A stretch of 64,000 nucleotides of DNA. It comes from the human T2T-CHM13v2.0 reference genome, Homo sapiens. Shown here one piece after another: positions 1-14,952 of the stretch. Position numbers and translations under genes: made by a program. The stretch lies in NCBI RefSeq assembly GCF_009914755.1, contig NC_060934.1; one strand, given 5' to 3'. Position 1 is the first letter of the stretch, and each line of letters starts with the position of its first letter. The notes under the pieces are model-generated. The model saw only the letters and a program-made list of their open reading frames with translations. It made no database searches and was not told the origin of the DNA.

Positions 1-1387
1 AATATTCAGGGTGTATATTGCCATGTCAGAGTGAGCAGCCAAATTGTGCGTTTCAGTCTCATGGCTGTCCCCTGAGGAGGAGGCCTAACTTTTAGTCTCC
101 TCAAAACACAGACCCTCTCCACTACAAAGTGAATGGTCATTCCTTTGCTGCTTGAATCTGGGATTCTTTTTCTTGTACTTAGGGTGTACGGAATTTACCT
201 TTCTTTGGAATCATCCTTTTTTATGGAGTTCTGCATCTGAACATGACCTGGCCACGCATATGCACACTGAGTAGTTCCATTTCAAACTAGACGTTCTGTT
301 GAGCTCAGACCATTCTGGAATTATTTGGCAACATCTGAAACATTTTTTTTTTTTTTTTACCTACAACACTTCTAGATGTGACGTTTTCTGGAGAATTGAT
401 AAACTGATCTGGTAGCTGTTAGTGGCTACCAAGCCAAGTTTTACATTGCAATCTAAATATATTGTTCCTTGTCATGTAATGACATTTATTAGAGAATCTG
501 GCAAAAGCCCAAATAAAAATACAGGTTTTCACACTGTTTAACAATCTGAGGTTTTATGTCTTTTTGGTGAGGTCATTGAATACCAGTCTCATTTTTACTG
601 CCTCTATTTTTGAAAACAGTAAACAGTCATATTTTTATTGTCCTACGTGGTTGCACAAACTGACACATTGCCAAGTGGTTCTGACTGAATGCTTTTCACT
701 TGGCAAACTAAAGGTACTAAAAAGAGGTTCACAGTGGAGACTTATGCATGTAGGGGAGCAATTTCTGTGGGCATGTGTATGTACAAAATAAATCTGTGAA
801 TTCCAGTAGAGCCAGTATCCAGGACTCTAAAAGTAGAACAGACTGATTTATTTGTGACAATGTACTTCAGCTGAACCTCTGTGCTAGTTTGTTGGCAAAA
901 CCTAACATATGGCCTTTTAATGAGAGACAGATTAATAATTGCAGATATGAATAATAAAGCAGAAAGATTGGCTGTGCCATCTTTTATTCTAATAAGGAAT
1001 TAGATTTGGTTACTGAAGGAGCAGCTGTTTGCCAGGTATGGTATGCTACTGTTTGAGATAGACACTTTGATGCAAAATGGGACGCTTGATGGTGATGGAC
1101 TTGAAAAAATGGATATGCGATGTGTGTTTAAATTTCTCAAGCCCTATAACAATAAACATTTTACACCCCAATGATTATTATTCTATACCGTCATTCAAAA
1201 ACCTACAAAAAAGACACAGTGACAATGTTTTCTGTCTTGTTGTTCTTTGAGAGAAAAGACCTATGATGGTACCTCAGTGCAATGGAAAAAAAAATTCTTG
1301 ACAAAAGGATCAAATAGAAGTGGTGGCACAGTTTCTGGAATATATGACATTATGTTTAAAATTGAGTGCAAATTCTTGTCCTCCCCT

Positions 1388-1949
1388 GTGCTAGACACGT
1401 TTCTTTGCCTGCTTGAATCCACAGCTCCTTCAATAGAATCAACCTGCCCCTACCTTGGCTCCTAGAAGTGTCAGCTGCACTTATCAGGTGACCCATTTCC
1501 ATTTCTAGCTATGATTAGTTAGTCAGGGATGGAGCCTAATCAAAAGGGAGCTAACCTATTCATTCAACAGAGGTAAAGCAGATTATTTCTCTCAAGAATT
1601 TGAACAAAGTGGGCTCAAAGACTCAAGATATTCAGTGATGAGCCCCAAAACTGCAGTGCAGTGTACAAAATGGGCTGTGTAGGTGACCATGCTGAGAATA
1701 TGCAAGATACATATGCGCAAGAATGTGAATGGTAGAGATGGAAAGAGCAGGCAAAGATAAGAACCTGGTGGAGAATGTAGAAGTAGAATTGAGAGAGAGC
1801 TAGAAGGAGCAATGTTAGGATTGACATTGTCACTCCGGTTTCTCTGAGACCACGTTTGACATTGTTGTATTCACATAATAACCATCTGTTTACCTAAGCT
1901 ACTTTGAGTGAATTCTATTCCTGTAACCAAAAAAGTCTTCATGAGAACA
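1388..1949 (+). mobile_element. Old MaLR LTR relic (MLT1J/K/L-like)
   Basis: 3' end 'cctaagctactttgagtgaattctattcctgtaaccaaaaaagtcttcatgagaaca' resembles the MLT1 LTR terminus; heavily diverged, boundaries approximate. Confidence 0.5.
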
Positions 1950-4560
1950 CCCCATTTTACAATATAATCCTGTGTGCATAACTATGACTTGAGATCTATT
2001 TCTACACTGAAATCTGCAATATGAGATTGTTCTAAGGAAAGCCTCTAAATAACCAAAAAGACTAGACAACCTTCAGTATTAGGGTTTAATAAAAATAGTT
2101 AGCATTCTGATATGGGAAATGTATTCCAGATGGAATGTTATTAAGGCTTATCAGTCTAGAGTAAACATGGATGTGTACACCAAATTCTTCAGTATCAGAA
2201 CCAGATGGCACTCAAAAAGGTTTAATTTCATTCAAATAAGCAATGCCACTTTACCAACTAGAAAGGGGATAAATGAAACTCATTACCTCAGTGTATGGCT
2301 TAGGACTCAGATAAATGCATGTGAGAGAGATCCTTAATAGGTGATTGAGATAAATTAGGGAAATTTAAGAAATCTTCTTATACCTTTAAGGGAGACTAGT
2401 GAGAAAGATTTTGCTGTCTAACAAAACATTTTCTTGATGTTAGTATTCGATTCCACAATAAGCGGTATCTTTTATTCTAGTGTTCTCTGTGGGTAGTAGG
2501 TATGAATTTGCCCTGTGACTCTCAGGTGTCTTGTTACATTCTTCTTATGAATCAGATTATTTTCTCAAGAGTCTGGAGATCTTATGTCATCCTGAAAATG
2601 TAGGGAACGGTCTCTTTAGCTTATCAGAGTTAGAATTGAAATGCATATTTTCCAAATTCATATGGACCATATCAAGTTGGGAGCCTGTTTAGTGCCCAAT
2701 CTGACCTTGGAACACTTTGCCCCACTATGTGACTTTAAATAAGCTTCTTAACTTCTCAGGGTCTTGGTGCTAAGGTCAGTCTTTCTGAATTCATCAAAGG
2801 TTTTCAAAGATCCTCTCGCCTTTTGAGATTCTGCATGGTAGTAAAACCCACTTCCTCACTATGGAACCCACCCGTCTTTCTGTGTCAGACAATTTTCTTC
2901 TGCTTATGGTTGGGGCCACTCCTCACCTTTAACTAATGAATTCCTTTTCTGCTTTGTGATGAGCTAGTCTTTTCTGCCCAGATTGCACTGAAAGATAGAA
3001 GCTGCTGCTTCGTTGTAAGGAGAGCTCAACCTGTTCACAAAGATATCTACCTCCCTACAAATTTTTTTTAGAACAAATATTGCTTGAATACATTTAAGGC
3101 AAAAATAAACCAATAAAAATCAGCCTTAGATTTGATAGCTGGGTTGGAATTGAACCTTTAGGTTTTCTTACCAAACAGGATTTATCTCTGCTTCATTAAT
3201 ACATAGCATTAATTTGGCATTTTTATTCTCCACTTTAAATAGAACACGGGAAGACAAAATAATTTTCTTTCAGCAACAAGAAAGTAAAGCAGTAGCAGGA
3301 AATCTAGAAAAAAAAATCCTTCTAAATAGGAATTAATATTTTGCATCCTTTTTTTGTATTTTTTTCCTCAATTAGAGTCCTAGCCAATAAACATTCAAGT
3401 CAACCAAAAGTATTATTTCTGAATGGAAAAGAAAAAAAATAAAAATATTTCACCGAAAACAAACAACACAGTATAATAACTTACGATTTTTGCTAAATTG
3501 ATGATCAAATATATTGGACACACTATTTTTTCTAACAATTTATAGGCTGTGAATAGACACATTTTACCTAAGAGTATATACTATCTGTAAGTAGCTTGAA
3601 ATAAAATCATTAATGTTTTTGATTTTCTATTTCCAAAGAACCAGAATATGTCCTGGTCATGGACATTCAAGCCAGTACTTTCCGTAATACCTAACTATGG
3701 CAAGAGTGTTAGAGAGCAAATTATTCTTCCTAAGAACGATATTCCATGCAGGAAGCCAGAGTTACCTTCCATAGAAACACAATTGCTCAAAGAAGAAGAG
3801 CTTTCAACTCCCTGGCCAAGCCTTCTTTGAAATGATTCTGTTTTTCTGTTACTTATTGTGGTATCTGGGAAAGGCAGATATTTGCTTACTTGTTTCTCAA
3901 ATTTAAGATTAAATATTACTATTTTGTTCCTCTTTGGACACAATGGCAGATTTTCTTTCACCAAATATTTATAGAGCCCCGTTAGGTTTAAGTCACTGTC
4001 AGGCAATTTGTTCTAAATCACGTTACATCTTGCAGAAAAACAAACAAACAAACAAAACTTCTTTTCTTTGAAAATACTAATAATTGCCATTCTGCATATC
4101 ATCTTGTACATTACTGTCTGCCTTTGCTGAAAGTTCTTTTGGTTTTTGTCACTTAATGCTCGGGAGATGGATTTTATAAAGACCCACTGCTGAAGCCATT
4201 CCTCCACAAGACCTCTTCCAAAATCTTATGATGACTTTTTAATTTATGATGAATTTTAAAATACAATTCTAGATGCTTACTTTTCTGTTTTTGTTACACA
4301 GAGATTTTCTGATAGAACAAGTGACAGGGAGAGATGAAAATGAAAAGGATAAAACCATTTAAAAATTAAAAACTAAGTCATCAAAATGGTGAAAATTGGT
4401 TAAATTATATACACATACCTCTAAGAAACCAGGAAAGTATGTAAAGCAATTTAGAAAAAACTCCATCAGAAATGGTTAAAAATGAAAAATAAAAAAAAAG
4501 AGAGAACCAATTAATATTTGGAGGGGAGAGAAATTTGCAAGATTTCTTTCTTCCCAAGGT

Positions 4561-4725
4561 CAGTGGTTCTCAAATTTTGAATGTATCAGAATCACCTGGA
4601 GGGCTTGTTAAAACAGATTGCTGGTCCCGCCCTTAGAGTTTCTGGTGTAGCTGCTTTGGGGTGGAACTGAGAATTTGCAGTCTAACAAGATCCCAGATGG
4701 TACTGATGCTCTTTGAGAACCACTG
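4561..4725. mobile_element. MER5A hAT-Charlie non-autonomous DNA transposon
   Basis: TIRs cagtggttctcaaa ... tttgagaaccactg; internal 'atcagaatcacctggagggcttgttaaaacagattgctgg' typical of MER5A. Confidence 0.9.
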
Positions 4726-5131
4726 TTCTAAGAATAAGAACAGTTAATTTTAGTTCCAGAGTATGACTTTTCAGAAGTCATTTGACCTCTTAGCCTCACT
4801 TTCTTTATCTGTACAATAGGGAAAATACCTAGATGGCTACCTCATTGACAGGGGAGAGCCAATTAATCAATAAATTTGATAACCCTTAACTGCTGACCTT
4901 AACTCTGCAATGATAACCTGTTATACTGATAATTCAAATGCCATTTTATATTATTTTTATACACAGTGTAGAAATGTTTATTTCCTGTGGTATCATGTGT
5001 CTTTGTTGTCAGTATTTGTCAGCTTTCATGTGATATTTTTCCCACCTCCCTGTGAACTCAGAAATGAGGAAAGTAGTTTGCATTCCGAATATGCATTTGG
5101 GCAATAGTATAGATGTTCATCTATCCAATAA

Positions 5132-5435
<304 letters not shown>

Positions 5436-6930
5436 ATGAACCAGGTTCTTTCCAGTTTTGTGAGATGCCAGTATAACCCATTTGAATTAATTAACCTACA
5501 TAAAGAAGCAACAGAGGCAGTCATAAAGGGTAGTTAGACAGTCTTTATCCCAGTAGAGTTCTGGTCACAAGGCTCTTCCTGATGTGAAGACAGATGTGGA
5601 AGGTTTTGGCTAAGGTAATCAGACTTCCTGTTTTGCTCAGGACTGTTCTGGTTCATGCCTGTTGGGGCAGAACTATTAACAGTGCCCTTCTTATTTTCAG
5701 GACTGCACCTGCTCAGATAACAAAGTTCATACACTTTCTAACTCTAGGCAGTGGACATTGAATATTTCCATTCTTATGGGCAAGTCATCCCTGTAATTCA
5801 ACTGTCTTTGCCTGATGACATTAAATAATGTTTTACCTTACCAAAGTATCTTGTTCTGATTTCATTTTTACCAAATGATATTCTGATCTCCACATTCATA
5901 TTTTGGTATTCTCAGGGCGTTGGTAGCTACTGGCGCCAAAGAGTTGCTCTAAAATGTGTGTAGAATGAAAGCGCAGGGCTCTAGGGACACATGCTCCGGG
6001 AACACACAGAGATTTGCTGGGAATATCCATGGGCCCCAGGGCACATTTGCATATCCAGTGGGATCTGTCATTTAGGAAAGATTAAAAATTTTAGTTATCC
6101 CTTAATGTTGGAACAGATAGACCAACTTCAGTGGTCTGAGAGAGTATGGAGCTCACTCCCAAAGGAATCCTTACTATGTGTCCCAGATGACATACACAGC
6201 ATTGACTGGCACCCACGCTCAGAGCAGTCTTCTCCAAAAGATAAAGGACACATCCAAATTGAAGTCCTTCGATCTTTGAGAATAATTAAATAACTAACTA
6301 AAGGAAAATGTTTTGATAAAATGCTTGCCACAGTACCTCCCTAAATATCTATAAAGACAGAAGATTCTGATTATAAAACACTTCTGACAAAGTGATAGTA
6401 AATATTCTCATGTATTTCTGAAAAAAAAAGAAAGCACTGATATCCTTCTCTTGACTTCAGTGTTTCAGGCCCTTGATCCCTGACAAGTTGAAGTCCCTGG
6501 GACTTCCAAGTAGATGGTTAGATGTAGCCTTAGACAGTAATATTGGTACAAATGAATTCTAGATTTATCTCACTTAACGATATCTATAGTATGTTTACAT
6601 ACTGTTAAGTATTTTCTATGTGGAAATGGTAAGATTGTCATTGAAACTGTTCATTGCTAATCTGTAAGGTAGACAATTACATATTCTTCTATTAAAAAAA
6701 ATTGAATCTACTATTAATACTGGAAAATAAGAATTGTTATAAACTAATTTTCCAAATCATGCTGCTTAAGTTAGAAGCATGATTCTTTTTCACTGTAGCC
6801 AGGAAAGCACTATTTCACTTATAAGTAGTAGTAGAATAAACAGAATCATAAAATGTTGGTGGGCATCGAACTTTCATCGTTGTACTTTATTGAGTTGCTA
6901 TAGACCATTTTGTGCCTATTTAAAAGTATT

Positions 6931-7408
<478 letters not shown>

Positions 7409-8364
7409 GTATTTTTCATACAGTTTTAACATAGGCCCTTCACATTTAGAATATAAAGAGCTGCTGTGAAAATTCTAGAATATAGTCCTAAAGTTTAAAT
7501 ATTTACATTTGTAATTAGAGAAATTGGTTTTTATTATACAATAATTTTTATTTTTTTTTTAATTTTGGTATGTTTAGACCTAAAGTTAAATGGTAAAGTC
7601 AACAGGAATATAGTAAGCTTAAGATAACCAATGGATAAAAATCTAATTAAAGAATTTGAGGTTATAACAACTAAAAAAAATCTTTTTGGAAAATAACTAT
7701 GATTTTGAAAACATGCTAAATAATATTACAAGATTGGAGTTCGGACAGCTGCTCTGTAGAAGTAAATTAAAATAGAAGTTCTGTTCTTAGCTAAATATCA
7801 GTTCACACCCTTCTCTAACCTTGCAAAAAGAAACTGGTTCTTAAATAGCATCCGTAACCCAGAAACCAGAAGTAAATAATAGAAGTATTGGAACATACGA
7901 AAACAATGCAGGAAAAGGCCAGATTTCACGATATTATTTTTTCTAAGAAAGTAAAAAAATAACTAGCAGGAGAAGAATTTTAACACTCTCTGACCCTAAG
8001 TATCACACTAACAAGTGTATACAAAAGTTCAAACTGGGGCTTCCCAGATATTTCTTTTATAATGGAGCCTGTGTAAGGAGGTTATGAAAAACACAGTTAG
8101 CCAAATGGCTAAATAGAGGTATTAGGCATTTAGGTTTTTTTGCACATTTAATAATGTGTGAAATTATTCCCAACTTTAAAAATATCTTTACATGTTCCTA
8201 ATGCTGAGAGTGAGGATGAGACCTCGGCGCACCCCCCTCAACACTAGACAGATCTGCAGTGGAGAAACAAGGAGCTAAGGGTGAAATTCTTGCATTATTT
8301 CTACTTTTCTGTAATGAAATGGTTTGAGTACGTGGGCTGAGGAAGTGGTTACAAGAAAGCAGGT

Positions 8365-8600
8365 AACATAGTAGTTGAAAGCTTGAACCAGATCGACCTG
8401 GGTTGGAATTCCAGCTCCAAGATTTTCTGGTGGTATAACCTCAGGCAGGTTGTTTTACATGTAGGAGACTCAGCTCTCCAGTTGTAAAGTGGGATAATAG
8501 TGCCCACCTTTATAGGGCCAATATGGGAGTAAATCTAATTATTTTTGCAAAACATGTAACACAATTTCTGGCATATAGCAACTTCCAATAAATACTGGCT
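8365..8600 (+). mobile_element. MIR SINE
   Basis: 'gacctgggttggaattccagctcc...gtaaagtgggataatagtgcccacct...tctggcatatagcaacttccaataaat' follows MIR consensus order. Confidence 0.75.
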
Positions 8601-8889
8601 ATCAGTAATTGAAGACCCAAGGAAGGTACAGAATGTGTTTCTGAGGCAAAGGGCCCACATGGCTCCCAGGCTTTCTCATCTGAGCAGGTATTAATTTAGG
8701 TGTGATCACAAACATTTCTAGTTATATATTAAAGACTCTACCTTGCCAGCCACATCATAAGTAACTAATATATTCTGCAGAATGAGTGGACTGTGGTTTA
8801 ATTGTTAAATAAAAAATAGATATTACCTTTGCCCATCTCAGATAGTATCCTCTAGTGCTCAAGAACATTCATTGTTTCTCAGTTGTCTG

Positions 8890-9260
8890 CTCTGATAGAC
8901 CCAACATATCCAAATTGAATATCTATTTTCCTCTCAGCATTTCTATGTTTTTTATAGACATACCTTTGTTTGTGAGATCCAGTCTTCTCAACCAGCTCTT
9001 TCTTACCAATTTTGCCTGAGAAAAGATTACTAATTCTTCAAGATTAATTTCAGATGCCCCTTCCTACACTGTAGCCTTTTTAGCCTCATAGCATTATGTA
9101 TTTTAAATATGTCTTCTCTTACTATCCTTGTACAAAGTCAGTTATTTTATATATTTTTGTCTCATCAGTAGTTCTGAAGGTCAGGAACTCTCTCTTTCAA
9201 ATTATGCCTCTTTAATATCTAGAAATGTATTCACAGGACAAATGTTTTGTATTTATGTAT
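8890..9260 (+). mobile_element. L2 LINE 3' relic
   Basis: 'catatccaaattgaa', 'ttcaagattaatttcagatgccccttcc', 'ctgaaggtcaggaac' resemble L2 3' motifs. Confidence 0.5.
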
Positions 9261-9649
9261 CTAATTGAAGAAATACTTCCAGATCAAACAAAATCCTGCA
9301 GGGACCTGTAAAATATCAAAAGGACTATCACCTTGAACACCAAGAGGGGCCTCCTCTGTGTAGCCTGGATGGAAAATGCCTAAACATCCTTGGTAGTCAA
9401 TGGAAGAAAACTCCCTACTTAAAGGAATAAAAGGCTGGGACAATAAAAGTACTGACCTCTTAGGGATCTAAGGAAAAGATTCTGGACCAGAATGGGCCTA
9501 GGCTTGAAGTGGATCTCTTCCAAAAGAATAGTGAATAGTTTTTATCTTTTCTAAAAGATGGATTGAATGGAATTCTTCCATTTGTAGTAGTTCTTGTAAG
9601 TTTAATTAATTTTGTAACATCTTTTGAGAATTTACCACATGCCACTCCT

Positions 9650-9850
9650 TGAGCTGGGTGCTTACTATGTGTTTATTATTTTAACCCTCACAACAACCTC
9701 AACACCCTCATGAAGTAGGTCCTATTAGGATCCCTGTTTTGAAGATGAACTGAGGCTCATGTTTAGCCCAAGTTCACTGAGCTAGTAACTGGCAAAGTTA
9801 GAATCTGAAATGAAATCTGCCTGATGTCAGAATGATGTTGTTCATTCATA
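9650..9850 (-). mobile_element. MIR SINE
   Basis: 'cctcacaacaacc...gtaggtcctattaggatccctgttttgaagatgaactgaggctca...cccaagttcactgagctagtaactggc' matches the MIR core. Confidence 0.75.
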
Positions 9851-10689
9851 GGCTGATATTCTTAAGGCTCTACCCCAAGACAATAGTCACGGCGTCATGG
9901 CACAGGCAGCCTGTGGAGCTAGCTCATTTGCTCCAATCCAAAAAAAAAAAAGCCAAAGAACCTCCTTTAGCTAATTGCTTCTCTTTCAGGGAATCATCGA
10001 ATTATCAGAGTTGGGAGAGATGTTAGCAAACATTTATTCACATATTTGAAGAGGAAAGATAATCACACAATTTAAGACGAGGAAGCTCATCTTAATTTAA
10101 GCCGAGGGAGGTAAAGTAATACCCTGCTTTAAGTCAGTGAATTAGCAGCAGAATTAGAATCTGAACTCTGATATCCTTATATTAGCCTACTGCTAATTCC
10201 TCCTAAGGCAAGAATAAACAGCTTTACAGATTAGGCCTGCAAACCCAAACCTATAAAGTGACAGCATATGTCACAATTCACATAACAGATGTTGTTTTAG
10301 GTTGCAATTGTTGTCAACTACTCTTTCTGCCAAAGTCTCTCTTTTTTAGATCATCAGAGCCCATCTGACAACCTGTAGAACTTCAGAGGCAGAGAAAAGA
10401 ATTATTTCTCCCTGTCCTGTGCTGTCCTTAAACCTGAGAGGGTCATGCCTGACCTGATGAAAACACCCTTAAAAAATCAACCATCCAGTAGTCCAAAGCC
10501 AATTTCAAAACTGCTTTATTTGCATAAGCAATATTTAGAACCCTGGATACCAAAGATCCACATCATTGCCAGTGGAGAATGGCTTTTTTGCCCTCTATGC
10601 TGGAACAATAAAAAAAAAAAAAAGATGAATAATGTAACAGTCTGGCTTGAAACAAAAAGATTGCTGAATAAGGTGGGAAGCTCCCAGAA

Positions 10690-11820
10690 CTGAAATTCAA
10701 ATAGAATAATAGCATGGATTGTGATGAGGAAGGCAAGGGAAGTCGTCCTATATATAAATGACTGGGTGAGAAATTCTCTAATGAGCACATACAGGATAAA
10801 AGACAGGAGGCTGGGAGAAGAGCCCAATAACCAAGCGCAAGTGTCAGAAGCCTGTAGAATGTGTCAAAGGGAGAAAATGCCAAAGATGAGAAAAGTTTAT
10901 AAGTATGTTCAGAACAAGAAGATAGAAGGTGATTGGATGAGTCAACCAAAAGCCCCTCTAGGATAACAAGTCCTACTTTGTCTTCCCCCAACACATAACA
11001 GTTTCTCTATCAAAGGAAATAAATATTAGATTGGATAGGGTATAATACTAGTGAGAAGAAGCTGAAGCCCAAAGATATGAGGAAATTTTAAACCACTACA
11101 TTGGTGCAGTAAATTCAATTCAGCAAACAGTTATTGTGCATCTGTAATACCCTGACATTTTCCTAGGTACCAGCAATGATGTCCATTTCGAGGTGAGTAA
11201 GATACAATCCCTGCCCTCAAGGCTCGCAGTCTAGGGGTAAAACAAACATTAGACAAGTTAGTTATGTAACACTGGGATAAATGCAATTGCTATGTTGATC
11301 TTTGTTACTTTATAGAGTTACAAAGAATGGGAGAGGAGCAGGAAGATTGTAATTGACCAGAGGTTGATATAATTTTTGAAAAGAAGCTCAATCCCCCAAT
11401 TTTTAGATTAATTAGCTTGGTGGGATGATGCCAATCATGAGCAAAAATCTGGAATCAATTAGTGAAAATATAGTGAACACTAAGACAGGTTGCAGGTGAT
11501 CACTGAGAATCATCTTGAGTTTACTAAGACAGATTATACCAAAGTGATTTAATTTCTCTCTTGGAAAAAAGTGAATTAGATTTGGAGGGAGGCTGGAGAC
11601 CCGGTGTAGACATACTGGATTTCTGTGAATGTTTCACTAGGTCTTCAATGGCATGCTTGTGAATAATAAGAATTGATATGGTGCTAATACATTGAGATGG
11701 ACTTGGAAATGCCCCTTAATTAGTAGATATCAGTTAGAAGGAAGGCTTTTTGGTGGGGGATTGTAAGCCCCTTAGCCTTAGTGTGACTGTGTTCATCCTT
11801 TCTTTCCTGACTTGGATGAT
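10690..11820 (+). mobile_element. L3/CR1 LINE ORF2 relic, interrupted by an L2 fragment (~11110-11290)
   Basis: Degenerate CR1 motifs in order: RKAREVVLYIN (EN, cf. RGGGVALYV), KVYKYVQNKK, then 11430-11820 resembling KILE..I / HGFTK / NLISF / VD..LDF / IF..DLD of CR1 RT. Confidence 0.65.
11110..11290 (-). mobile_element. L2 LINE 3' end
   Basis: 'ttcaattcagcaaacagttattgtgcatct...taagatacaatccctgccctcaaggctcgcagtctagggg' is a reverse L2 3' end. Confidence 0.7.
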
Positions 11821-12080
11821 GTATCAGTGAGAGAGCCCACAGGACACAGACAGCTGACTTAAGCAGGGAAATTTGAGGAGAGTTTATTAAAAGGACTATT
11901 TACATGTGGACATGTTTTAAAGGAACTGATAAAGAGTAGTGCAGAGTCTCAGGTCTGTTCACCACCACTGGCCTAATGGGAAAAGCTCAGTCCCTGGAAT
12001 AGCTGTGAAGCCAGAGCAGTCAGCAGAAGGCTCTTGCCCTGGTCAGGGTGTAGGATCACCATTTCCTGGCATTGCTCTGG
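11820..12080. mobile_element. Old ERVL-type LTR relic (LTR33/LTR41-like)
   Basis: 'tgtatcagt...atttgaggagagtttattaaaaggactatttaca' resembles ERVL LTR termini; family uncertain. Confidence 0.45.
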
Positions 12081-14149
12081 CGGACCTTATGTTTTTCCCT
12101 GCTGTGGTGTATGTGCAGGTGCCTACCTAGTTCCCCATGTTCTTCCTCCTCCCTGGACTCATCGTCTGTACAGAGACCTAAAGAAATTGTTTTCCCTTTT
12201 CTGGACATCAGCCATTTTTCTGTGTTGATTTGTTGCTTCTGAAGACCTTCATTAGATAGATCTTTCCTGATGTAATCCATCATGGCATGGGCAGTTTCAT
12301 TCCCCATAGTGCTGGTGAGCATTTGGCAAGGTCTCTTTTCATATACCTGTGAACAAGGACTATGGGCCTGATGCCAAGACTTAAATGCACCTGGAAATGC
12401 TAATTAATTGGTAGATATCAGTAGATATACTCCTAGAGAAGCAGGGCTGGAAACGGAACAATTACATTTGCAGGAGAGTATTACTTGACTTCTTATATTG
12501 CCTTCTGCCATTTTCCTGGTTAATTTCTAAAGACTCTTCTTACTGCTTTGGTAAATAAATTATTCTTAGACCAATGATGCTCAGAGTGTGCAGTAATTAT
12601 CCCTAACAAATGTAACAAACGAGTTTTGAATTTTGTTCTATTGTGTTGATGTTGTCATGTTTTGTTTCTTTTGCAAGCAATAGAATCTTTCTTGGCCCAA
12701 TGTTCAAATAACCTTTTTCTTATTTGAGCACATATAAACACACAATCAATAAAATTTCCCAAGAAGGAACAACATAAATATTTTAAAAATATATCATAGA
12801 TACTTTACATAAAATGTAATACCTATGGGACTATTTAAAACTTATTAGTTATTTGATTAGATTTTCATTTATTTATGTGGCAAATTGAAATTAAGGAAAC
12901 TAAGCATTTGAATTGAGTGTAGGAATATTCCCTTTCTTCCTTTTTTTTTTTTTTTTTACCATTTATATTGTCAAGGTGAATCCAAGATAATGATTTGTTG
13001 CAGGTAGCCTGAAATCTCAATATCATTTCTGAGGTCACCCTCATGTCTAGGGGGATATGTAGAGTAGATCATATTTATTTATAGAACATTCAGTGGTTCT
13101 TTCTCACACACACACACTCTGCCTCCTCCTCCCAATTCCCCCTGCTGTGGAGTCTCTATTGCAAAGAATCCAAAGGCCCCGTTTTAATTGCTCTTTACCT
13201 CTAAATGCCTTAAGGGATCCCTAGAGGGATGAAACACAGTAAGGTTTTTGTTTTCTTTCCTAACTTTTAAACTTATGTATTTTCAAATTACTGGAAAAAA
13301 AGACTACATTTTAGCATGTTTGTAATGAAAACCTTCTTAACATAAAAAATTATCCTACTATCCTTTTAAAAGAGATTGATACCTTGTCATAATTTTTCCG
13401 TTTTATAGCTGTTTTATAGTCACTTACTGGAAAAAAATGTCTGTGAGCTCCTCAGCTGCTTGAGGTTACCTTATCATTTTTTTTTTTTCTACAACCGAGA
13501 TTGTATCTTTTTAACTGCAAACTTCACAGTGGAAGCGTTTTCCTTTGTGAATACTGGGACTACATTCCTGAGCCTTTGGATATACCAATGCAGACTGCTG
13601 CCTTTCCTTCTCTAGAAAGTCAGCCAAGCATAACACCAAGAGTTGATTAGAATTTTACTGCCCCTGATTCACAGACCTTCGCTTTTCCTCTTCTCCCTAG
13701 CTTCCCTTTGCTTAGCAACAGGAATGTGGCAAGCACTGTACTGCCAACAGATTTCTCTTTTGCTCTCCTATTGAAAAGAACTTAAGGATATAAGACAGCC
13801 CATAAGACATCACACATTTTACTAAATTAGATTTTTTTTACTCTGAATATGAGAGGCTTCCTCTGGCCACAAGATTTTCACAATATTTCTAGTTGAAACT
13901 GACTTAATCATATAACAACATCTGGGTCCCTGTTATCTAGTGAAATTAGCAGAATGTCAGCAGCCAGCAAAGTGCCAATGCATCTTTCAACTACAACTCT
14001 GCCCCCTTTCCCCCAAACCCTGGCACTATTTTTATAAATTTAAGTAATCTAGGTCAGGAATTAAGGCCTTCCTTGCAGTAGTTAAAAGTAATTTAGAGAT
14101 GTGCACACTATCTTCCTTACTCTGTTAATACTGAAGATGTTGTAAATTC

Positions 14150-14730
14150 AGTGTGTCAATTCAATACTTCTCTTCTTTGAGCAAGGTGTTGTGTTAGACA
14201 CCAGGCATGTAGCAAGATGAATGAGATGCAGTCTCTGCCTTTGAGGAGTGGAACAGACATGTATATAATTTATTGATATAATCTTAAGCAGAATATATAT
14301 ATTAGGTTGCCAATATTTGACCTAAAAGTGTAACAACCTCATATGATACAACCTAGTAAAAAGTGTTCTCATTGTGCTAAGAGAACACTGAGACTGAAGA
14401 CCTTAACTGTAACTGTTGGAATTTGAGAAGGCTTCATGGGAAGCATATCATTTTAGTAAGGCTTCATAATATGGGTGGAACTGGATTCCCCTTAAACCAA
14501 CCTCCTTCTGTACTAGAGAGTAGGAAGCTTGATCAAAGAAATGAAGAGCAAAAGCTAGGAGTTATACTTAGATAATAGCAAACAATCCAGAATGGCTTGA
14601 GCAAATAATTCATAGGTGGGGCAAGGGAGGACAAATATGGCTGAGACAGTACATTGGTATCAGACTCCATTGTATTATTAGGCTATAGAGAAGCCTCAAA
14701 GGTTTTGAGGAAGGGAGCAGCAAATTCATA
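14150..14730 (-). mobile_element. L2 relic
   Basis: 'aagatgaatgagatgcagtctctgcctttgaggag', 'gagaaggcttcatgggaag', 'aaggttttgaggaaggg' are L2-like motifs. Confidence 0.55.
14302..14357. mobile_element. MADE2 mariner-derived MITE, degenerate
   Basis: ttaggttg...atatttgacct...tcatatgatacaacctagta resembles MADE2 TIRs and internal sequence. Confidence 0.55.
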
Positions 14731-14952
14731 GCTATGCACCTACCATTCCACTGTCCTTGAGATTTGCACTTGCTGCTCCGCAAGATGGACTGACTTTCTC
14801 TGACCCAGAAAGTTAATAGACAAATTTGACATTATCTTATAACAGCCATTTTGAAACAAATATCAACATTTATAAACGAGTCCAAAGTGAGGTGGAAAAG
14901 GAACTAATAAAAAGTTGTTTTGATAGAAACTGAAGCTGAAAAGAAATGGGAG

